From contig CBCOSG010000002.1 in the NCBI GenBank assembly GCA_965112735.1, positions 44,426 to 108,425 of the forward strand: 64,000 nucleotides of DNA. The letters are read 5' to 3'. The position numbers and the translations under genes are program-made. The notes beneath the pieces were generated by a model. It had not been told where the DNA came from, made no database searches, and was given only the letters and a program-made list of their open reading frames with translations. Origin of the DNA: Phaeosaccion multiseriatum. Taxonomy: Eukaryota > Protista > Ochrophyta, other classes. Of the stretch, positions 56,888-64,000 are shown one piece after another (position 1 is the stretch's first letter; each line of letters begins with the position of its first letter).

Positions 56888-57084
56888 AGAATAGGTAAGA
56901 GATACTAAGATAATAACTTATATAGGGCTTAATTTTAAGTTATTATAGATTTTTAACCTAGTAGTATATACAATTGAGGTTGTAATAATAGATCATAATT
57001 ATAATAAAAAATTTTGAAAAGTTTCATTAAGAATATTACCATCATATCATTATTTGATTTTGTAAATATTTCACAATTTGTACT

Positions 57085-57157
57085 AGGACATGAAAGGATT
57101 TGAACCTTCAACTTTCAGAATCGGAATCTGATACTCTATCCGTTGAGCTACATGTCC
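57085..57157 (-). tRNA. trnR: tRNA-Arg(CCG)
   Basis: TCAGA-TTCCGAT-TCTGA anticodon arm. Confidence 0.9.
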
Positions 57158-57161
57158 GAAT

Positions 57162-57232
57162 CGTAAAGATTTAGAATAATTTATACAATAAATTACTAGA
57201 ATTTATTGTATAAATTATTCTAAATCTTTACG
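57162..57232. repeat. 33-bp perfect inverted repeat with 5-nt loop, overlapping the psbI 3' end
   Basis: CGTAAAGATTTAGAATAATTTATACAATAAATT-ACTAG-reverse complement. Confidence 0.9.
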
Positions 57233-57331
57233 GTTTGGATTTCTTGATGGGTCATTGGATAAAAAGCCAAAGACAAATAAAGAAGTGAAAAACGTTACAG
57301 TAATATAAACAAGAATCTTTAGGGTTAGCAT
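57215..57331 (-). CDS. psbI: Photosystem II protein I
   Basis: Manual translation [38 protein letters not shown]. Confidence 0.97.
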   Translation of the reverse strand: MLTLKILVYITVTFFTSLFVFGFLSNDPSRNPNRKDLE

Positions 57332-57521
57332 ATATAATTTTTTTTAAAAAAAGTCTCCTGTAAGTGAGTATATAGTATACTCGAGTTTTATGGCTAGAGG
57401 GGAGTTTTTGATATTAGAAATTTTTATATAAATATATTTTAAAATTTCAAGGAAAAATTTATTAACCTGGCAATAGATTTTTTGAGTTAAATATTAGATT
57501 AGCGCAAAGTATACTTTTATA

Positions 57522-57594
57522 TACCCCCAAGGGAATTCGAATCCCTGTTACCTCCGTGAAAGGGAAGTGTCCTAGGCCTCTAGACGATGGGGGC
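57522..57594 (-). tRNA. trnE: tRNA-Glu(UUC)
   Basis: GCCCCCATCGTCTAGAGG...CTTTCAC. Confidence 0.96.
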
Positions 57595-57655
57595 AATTTT
57601 AAGGAATATTATCGTTTTATAAATAAGACTATTTATAAAACGTCATACCTACTTG

Positions 57656-57728
57656 AGCTGGTAAAGGGAGTTGAACCCCCGACCTACTGATTACAAATCA
57701 GTTGCTCTACCAACTGAGCTATACCAGC
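57656..57728 (-). tRNA. trnT: tRNA-Thr(UGU)
   Basis: GCTGGTATAGCTCAG...TTTGTAA. Confidence 0.95.
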
Positions 57729-57929
57729 GCAAAGTAGGTCAGTGGTGTCACTTTATACTACTATAGTTTAGTTTCAAATATCAACTAGTAAACGTATTAT
57801 TTAAAATTTATTCTAAAATACTAATATTTTTTTTAATATAAATAGTATTTACCATATTTTTAAGTAGATGGTTTAATTTTGTTTGTAACAAAGATAGAAC
57901 AACTAATATTGATAACAGGAGCTAAAAAA

Positions 57930-59459
57930 ATGGGTTTACCATGGTACCGTGTGCATACTGTAGTTCTTAACGATCCTGGCCGTTTAATTGCAGTTCATTT
58001 AATGCACACAGCATTAGTAGCAGGTTGGGCTGGTTCGATGGCACTTTATGAATTAGCAGTCTTTGATCCTTCTGATCCTGTTTTAAATCCAATGTGGAGA
58101 CAGGGTATGTTTGTAATGCCATTTATGACAAGATTAGGTGTCACTGATTCTTGGGGTGGATGGAGTATTACTGGAGAAAGTGTATCTAACGCTGGAATCT
58201 GGAGTTTTGAAGGTGTTGCTCTTACTCATATCGTATTATCTGGATTATGTTTTCTTGCTGCTATTTGGCATTGGGTTTACTGGGATTTAGAGTTATTCCG
58301 TGATTTAAAAACAGGTAATCCCGCATTAGATTTACCTAAAATATTTGGTATTCATTTATTTTTAGCAGGAATTTTATGTTTTGGTTTCGGTGCTTTTCAT
58401 GTTACTGGTTTATTTGGTCCAGGAATTTGGGTATCTGATGCTTATGGAGTAACTGGTAAAGTTCAACCTGTAGCACCAACATGGGGTCCTGAAGGCTTTA
58501 ATCCGTTTAACCCTAGTGGTATTGTTTCACATCATATTGCTGCAGGGATACTTGGTATTTTAGCAGGTGTCTTTCATATTACAATTCGTCCTCCTCTACG
58601 CTTATATAATGCTTTAAGTATGGGAAATATTGAAACAGTTTTATCTAGTAGTATTGCTGCTGTATTTTTTGCAGCTTTTGTTACTTCAGGAACAATGTGG
58701 TACGGTTCAGCTACAACACCAATCGAATTATTTGGACCAACACGTTACCAATGGGATAGTGGTTACTTCCAACAAGAGATTGAACGTCGTATTGAATCAT
58801 CTTTAGCTGAAGGATTATCTCAAAGTGAAGCTTGGTCACGAATTCCTGATAAATTAGCATTTTATGACTATATTGGTAACAATCCCGCAAAAGGTGGATT
58901 ATTCCGGGCTGGTCCTATGGATAAAGGTGATGGTATTGCAGAAGCTTGGTTAGGTCATCCGATTTTTAGAGATCGGGATGGACGAGAACTAACTGTCCGC
59001 CGTATGCCAGCTTTCTTTGAAACATTTCCGGTAATTTTAGTAGATAAGGATGGAATTATTCGTGCAGATATTCCGTTCCGTAGAGCTGAATCAAAGTATA
59101 GTATTGAGCAAGTTGGAGTAACGGTGAGTTTTTATGGTGGTAAATTAAATGGTCAATCATTTAAAGATGCACCAACAGTAAAGAAATTTGCTAGAAAATC
59201 ACAGTTAGGGGAAGTTTTTGAATTTGATCGTATCAGTTTAGAATCTGACGGTGTATTCCGTAGTAGTCCTAGAGGATGGTATACATTTGGACATGCTAAT
59301 TTTGCTTTACTATTCTTTTTTGGTCATTTATGGCATGGATCCCGTACAATTTTCCGTGATGTCTTTACTGGAATTGGTGCTGAAGTAACAGAACAGGTAG
59401 AATTTGGTACGTTTAAAAAACTTGGTGACGAAACTACAAGACGTCAAGGTTTAGTCTAA
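57930..59459 (+). CDS. psbB: PSII CP47
   Basis: [17 protein letters not shown]; ATG at 57930 after AGGAG. Confidence 0.99.
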   Translation: MGLPWYRVHTVVLNDPGRLIAVHLMHTALVAGWAGSMALYELAVFDPSDPVLNPMWRQGMFVMPFMTRLGVTDSWGGWSITGESVSNAGIWSFEGVALTHIVLSGLCFLAAIWHWVYWDLELFRDLKTGNPALDLPKIFGIHLFLAGILCFGFGAFHVTGLFGPGIWVSDAYGVTGKVQPVAPTWGPEGFNPFNPSGIVSHHIAAGILGILAGVFHITIRPPLRLYNALSMGNIETVLSSSIAAVFFAAFVTSGTMWYGSATTPIELFGPTRYQWDSGYFQQEIERRIESSLAEGLSQSEAWSRIPDKLAFYDYIGNNPAKGGLFRAGPMDKGDGIAEAWLGHPIFRDRDGRELTVRRMPAFFETFPVILVDKDGIIRADIPFRRAESKYSIEQVGVTVSFYGGKLNGQSFKDAPTVKKFARKSQLGEVFEFDRISLESDGVFRSSPRGWYTFGHANFALLFFFGHLWHGSRTIFRDVFTGIGAEVTEQVEFGTFKKLGDETTRRQGLV

Positions 59460-59550
59460 AAACTAACTAGTTTTAGTTTAAGGTGACAATACGCAGTTTT
59501 TTACCCAGAAATATTTAATTCAAATATAATTAATTTAATAAGAAAAAATT

Positions 59551-59649
59551 ATGGAAGCATTAGTTTATACATTTTTATTGATTGGAACGTTAATGGTTAT
59601 CTTTTTTGCTGTTTTCTTTCGTGAACCACCAAAAATTATTAAAAAATAA
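59551..59649 (+). CDS. psbT: Photosystem II protein T
   Basis: Manual translation [32 protein letters not shown]. Confidence 0.97.
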   Translation: MEALVYTFLLIGTLMVIFFAVFFREPPKIIKK

Positions 59650-59652
59650 AAG

Positions 59653-59710
59653 TTAAAAAATTACTGACAAGTAAGTAATAGATATAACTTACTTGTCAGT
59701 AATTTTTTAA
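59653..59710. terminator. 24-bp stem-loop between convergent psbT and psbN
   Basis: TTAAAAAATTACTGACAAGTAAGT-N10-ACTTACTTGTCAGTAATTTTTTAA. Confidence 0.8.
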
Positions 59711-59838
59711 TCTTCGTGTTCTTCAAATGGGTCTCTTAAATTTTTTGAGGCTGGACCGAATGCCGTATATATAGAATAGATTGTTATTCCTAATAATAAG
59801 CTAGATACAAAAATAACTAGAATTGTTGCGCTTTCCAT
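59707..59838 (-). CDS. psbN: PsbN (Pbf1)
   Basis: Manual translation MESATIL...[20 protein letters not shown]. Confidence 0.97.
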   Translation of the reverse strand: MESATILVIFVSSLLLGITIYSIYTAFGPASKNLRDPFEEHED

Positions 59839-59923
59839 AATTTTTCTCCAATTAATTTAATTTATACACAATATATTATACTAACAAAAATATTATTAAC
59901 ATAACAAAACTTTTTATTTAAAT

Positions 59924-60124
59924 ATGGCGTTAAGAACTAGACTAGGGGCAATTTTAAAACCTTTAAATTCAGATTATGGATTAGTTGCTCCATCTTGGGG
60001 GACTACTCCCGCTATGGCTATTGCCATGGCACTTTTTTTAGTTTTTCTATTAGTTATTTTACAAATTTATAACTCATCTCTAATAATTGAAAGTGTTGAT
60101 GTTGATTGGCAAAACGTTTTTTAA
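59924..60124 (+). CDS. psbH: Photosystem II protein H
   Basis: [22 protein letters not shown]. Confidence 0.97.
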   Translation: MALRTRLGAILKPLNSDYGLVAPSWGTTPAMAIAMALFLVFLLVILQIYNSSLIIESVDVDWQNVF

Positions 60125-60220
60125 ATATTCTATATTGCAATAGTAATAATTTTATTACTATTTCATTTGATATAATTTATAGTATGATTTAGTATGATAA
60201 TGGAAGTACTATATTATTAA

Positions 60221-60292
60221 GCGGGTGTAGCTCAGTGGTAGAGCGTAACCTTGCCAAGGTTGATGTCGCGCGTTCGAATCGCGTCACCCGCT
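60221..60292 (+). tRNA. trnG: tRNA-Gly(GCC)
   Basis: GCGGGTGTAGCTCAG...TTGCCAA. Confidence 0.96.
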
Positions 60293-60521
60293 AATCATAT
60301 CATTTCAACTAAAAATTTACGATCCTAGATTTAAATTTTAACTCTGTCATTTTAGAATTAAAAAATAATTTCGCATAAATAATAGCCATTCATGCAGAAT
60401 CACTTTTATCGGAATTAGTTTTAATTTAAAATTTAGTAATTCAGCATATGAATATTTTGTTTCTCTCTTTCTTTATAATTCTTAATTAACTTCTTGAGTT
60501 TATTTAATAGGTACTTAAACT

Positions 60522-61451
60522 TTATCTTATAAACTCAAAATCAGTATAATTAAAGTTATTATTAAAAACACTGCTGGACGAAACATCAATAGGTTGAATT
60601 ATAGTCAAATCAGCTTTAGTTAGTATTTCAGCATTTTTAAACAGTCTTTCTGCCGAACGCAGGCGTGCTCGTTCGATTGCATTCCGAATACTTCTTGCAT
60701 TCGAAAATCTAAGTTGATTAGAACGTATTTTAATATAATCTAAAAAAATCGGAATAGTTTCAGGGGCAAACTTATATTGTTGTTCTTCGAGCATTTGTTC
60801 AGTTATTTGTAAAAGTTCTTGGCTTGTAAAATCCGGGAAGTTTATATGATTAGCAATTCTAGAAGATAGTCCTGGATTTGATTGGTAAAATTGATCCATC
60901 TTTTCTTTATAACCTGCTAAAATTAGAACAAGATCATCTCTTTGATTCTCCATTACTTGCAATAAGATTTCAATGGCTTCTGCTCCATAATCTCTTTCAT
61001 TATCAGGTTTATAAAGATAGTATGCTTCATCAATAAATAATAAACCACCTTTCGCTTTTTTAAGAACTTCTTTTGTTTTAGGTGCCGTATGTCCAATATA
61101 TTGACCAACTAGGTCATCTCGTGTCACCGTTAAAAGATGACCTTTCCTACAATAATTTAATTTATATAAAATATTAGCCATCCGTAGAGCAATAGTTGTT
61201 TTTCCAGTTCCTGGATTACCTGTGTAAGATTGATGCAATCCTGGATTATTAGATGTTAGTTGAATACTTTTTCTTAATTGATCTAATACTAATAGCGCAG
61301 CTATTTCTTTTATTCGTGACTTAACAGGAAGCAATCCAACCAATTCTTGTTCTAAAATATCTAAAATATCTTGGATTTGGGTTTCCATATATATTTGCTT
61401 TAAATCAACTGTAGGAGTTTGTGATAATGCTTGTAGATTTTGTTTTTGCAT
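60522..61451 (-). CDS. cbbX: Red-type RuBisCO activase CbbX
   Basis: [30 protein letters not shown]. Confidence 0.98.
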   Translation of the reverse strand: MQKQNLQALSQTPTVDLKQIYMETQIQDILDILEQELVGLLPVKSRIKEIAALLVLDQLRKSIQLTSNNPGLHQSYTGNPGTGKTTIALRMANILYKLNYCRKGHLLTVTRDDLVGQYIGHTAPKTKEVLKKAKGGLLFIDEAYYLYKPDNERDYGAEAIEILLQVMENQRDDLVLILAGYKEKMDQFYQSNPGLSSRIANHINFPDFTSQELLQITEQMLEEQQYKFAPETIPIFLDYIKIRSNQLRFSNARSIRNAIERARLRSAERLFKNAEILTKADLTIIQPIDVSSSSVFNNNFNYTDFEFIR

Positions 61452-61794
61452 AAATTTTGTTTTTAGGTATTAACTTATTTTGTACATTTTTAATGTAGAA
61501 TAAGTCAAGCTTTTTTAGTATTGATTGATAAGCTTATCAATTAAGATTCGATTTGATCAGAATTTGTTTTAATCATTTCATTAATTTGTCAAAAATTAAT
61601 TTTTAATGGTAGATACTTTTTTTTAGCTATTCAAAAAAAGTATTAATAATAGATGAAAATTATACTGGCTGATTAATGGACTTCTATAGAAAATGGAATC
61701 ACACAAAATATCCATTACATTAGTAATAGGATATTTTAATCCAAAAAACTATTTTTACCAACTTTCTAATTCAAAGAAATTAGTTTTTTTTTAG

Positions 61795-62161
61795 TTAGCA
61801 ATTGTTGTATAGTTCTGTAATCAAATGACAAGCGCAACCGATTGTTGTGGGATTCGGACTTATGATCGAAGCCATAATACTTGCACTTGCGGCAACACAA
61901 TGCACCACTAATCTCATTGGAGAGGTGAACAATAATCCAGCACAGTCAGAGTTATATTTTTTGTAACCATGACTGGGTTATACTTGTACTCCCCGTTTAA
62001 ACAACGTAAATCCCCTACTTCCAGGGAGTATTGTTTTGATAATCATAGGTGTCATATTAGCCTCCTCCCGTAGTGAGTACAATATAGTTTATTATGGTAG
62101 AATGTTTTAACGATGAGCAGGATGATGTTATACCAACCGCTATAGAAATAAGCGTGTACAT
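61795..62161 (-). pseudogene. Decayed foreign ORF (diatom plastid accessory ORF type)
   Basis: GC-richer; reads MYTLISIAVGI...IVLTTGGG*/...SPMRLVVHCVAASASIMASIISPNPTTIGCACHLITELYNNC* with internal stops and a frameshift. Confidence 0.55.
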
Positions 62162-62511
62162 AATGTAATAGTTTTTTAGGTTATAGAATAACAAAATATA
62201 ATGTGTGTCTGCAATATAATCTTACTTATTTCTCAATACCATATAATAAACCTATTTTAAGACCAACTTTTAATTAAAGAGAATACAATCTTATCTGATC
62301 TTTCAGAATCCCGTCAGGCGCTTATATACACCTCTCAGAAGATATTTTCAGACTTCTAAACATAAATATTCAATCCATTTTTACTAACCCTAATGTACAA
62401 ATAGACTAAACTCTAAAATCTGCGTATCTATATGTAAATTTGTTTATGTTTTATAACTTTTATATTATAATTTTATTTTATTATAATTAATGTATCTTGG
62501 ATTTTGTTTCT

Positions 62512-62790
62512 TGGGGGCGGGGGGACTTGAACCCCCACGTCTATATTTAGACAACGGATTTTCAATTAGAATAATTATCTAAATTGGACTCTTTCTTTAC
62601 CTATAATGAGTAGTTCCCGTCGAGTCTCTGCACCTATATATTTTTTCAGCAAAATATTTTTTGGCTCAAGATTTTTTGTCTTCAAATAAAAAGAGTTTAA
62701 TTTCTTGAATTTGAGAACTTACCTTAAAAAATAATTTTTTAATGGCTCAAGTTAATAAGTCCGTTGCGTCTACCATTCCGCCACGCCCCC
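62512..62790 (-). tRNA. trnL: tRNA-Leu(UAA) split by a group I intron (exon1 62757-62790, exon2 62512-62562)
   Basis: GGGGGCGTGGCGGAATGGTAGACGCAACGGACTT | AAAATCCGTTG...GTTCAAGTCCCCCCGCCCCCA. Confidence 0.95.
62563..62756 (-). ncRNA. Group I (IC3) intron in the trnL anticodon, 194 nt
   Basis: Inserted after U34, ends in G; core elements TTGAGCC, AAATTCAAG, GTGCAGAGACTCGACGG, AAGAGTCC. Confidence 0.92.
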
Positions 62791-63008
62791 TACAAAAAAT
62801 TAACGAATAATAATTTCCCATGACACCATAATTGTGTATATATATATATTAAAGCAATGCCTGTAAAATATCTGATATTAAATATACCAGATAGTTGGTG
62901 AAAATTAATTTTATACTTAATATATTTATCGAAAATAAAATAAAATAAAAAAATAATTAGACTAAAAACGTTATAATAAAAATTAAAAGTAGTCTTTGTA
63001 TTTACTTA

Positions 63009-63974
63009 TTAATATACTTTATTCCAATCTAATTGACTATTAATTGGTTTTAATAAATATAATTTAATTAAATTAATTAATAATTTAAAAAGGTATGGAA
63101 TTTTAAGTAATAAAGTAAAAAATTTTGGCTTATTGTCTTGACCAAGTTGAATTAATTTTGTATTAATTTGTGCGCACTCTTCTAGGTAAGTAAAAAACTT
63201 AGTATTTTCTACATCTAATATTACTGGAAATAATCTACCTGCACTTTGATTAGTTTTATGAATTACATGTATATCAAATTTTCGAGCATCAAGACCTATT
63301 GTAGAATAGAAATCAGAACGTTGTAGATCGTTCAAATACATTGTTACAAAGACTGACAATAAAAAGAATCGGCACCATAACCGGCTTTTTAATCCAGTTA
63401 ATAATTCTGGTTGAGACTTTAACACTGCCGCAAAGAAGTCACCATGTCTATTTTCATCTTGACACCAACTCTCGAAAAATCTAAAAAGTGGGTAAACTCT
63501 ATGTTCTGGATTTTTTTCTAGGTGTCTATAAATTGTAATATAACGCCAGTAACCTATTTTTTCTGACAAGTATGTTGCATAAAATATAAATTTTGGTGCA
63601 AAAAAAGTATATTTTCGACTTTTAGTTAAAAATCCCAGATCTAACGTTACGTTAAAATCACTCATAGCTTTATTTAAAAAACCCGCATGTCGCGCTTCAT
63701 CCCGTGACATAAAAGCAAAACCTTCAGCTAGTAAAGGATTTATACTTTTTAAATTTCTAGATAACTCTTTGTACAGCAAAAATCCTGAAAATTCAGCAGT
63801 ACATGAACGTTCTAAAAACTCAATAAAAAGATTTTTTGTTTTTTTATCAAATTCTTCCCAAGACTTAGAAAATTCTTTATCTCGAATAAAATGATGTTGA
63901 TTATAATCTAAACGAAATTCTTCAATGATTGCTTGAATCTCATCATGATTTGAAGAAATATCTAAATTGGCCAT
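63009..63974 (-). CDS. acsF: Mg-protoporphyrin IX monomethyl ester cyclase (Ycf59/AcsF)
   Basis: [30 protein letters not shown] di-iron motifs. Confidence 0.97.
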   Translation of the reverse strand: MANLDISSNHDEIQAIIEEFRLDYNQHHFIRDKEFSKSWEEFDKKTKNLFIEFLERSCTAEFSGFLLYKELSRNLKSINPLLAEGFAFMSRDEARHAGFLNKAMSDFNVTLDLGFLTKSRKYTFFAPKFIFYATYLSEKIGYWRYITIYRHLEKNPEHRVYPLFRFFESWCQDENRHGDFFAAVLKSQPELLTGLKSRLWCRFFLLSVFVTMYLNDLQRSDFYSTIGLDARKFDIHVIHKTNQSAGRLFPVILDVENTKFFTYLEECAQINTKLIQLGQDNKPKFFTLLLKIPYLFKLLINLIKLYLLKPINSQLDWNKVY

Positions 63975-64000
63975 TTCATTAAAGTCAGTCGTATAAAAAC

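Overview
A 64 kb stretch of an AT-rich, red-lineage (secondary) plastid genome from a non-diatom ochrophyte alga. Form ID rbcL/rbcS plus cbbX, together with petJ, rpl9, rps1, syfB, ycf41, ycf66, acpP, acsF, ilvB and a trnL(UAA) group I intron, points to a xanthophyte/brown-algal type relative. The exact taxon cannot be fixed from the window. Most of it is standard: the ribosomal protein cluster, atp, psa, psb and pet genes, chaperones and 12 tRNA genes. The unusual parts are: (1) three islands of foreign DNA (about 39.7-41.7 kb, 50.1-53.2 kb and 61.6-62.2 kb) resembling diatom plastid plasmids, with decayed serine recombinase and Rep-like genes but an intact pair of a putative PD-(D/E)XK nuclease ORF and a pentapeptide-repeat protein, which looks like a toxin/immunity cassette; (2) an orphan membrane-anchored coiled-coil ORF inside the rbcL-rbcS operon; (3) greatly expanded proteins (AtpD 281 aa, IlvB at least 856 aa, an 800 aa Tic22/Ycf80-like ORF); (4) a 138 aa mini-intein in DnaB; and (5) one-base-short homopolymer frameshifts in tatC and the ilvB tail. 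Family assignments for the island ORFs come from motif recognition by eye, not from database searches.
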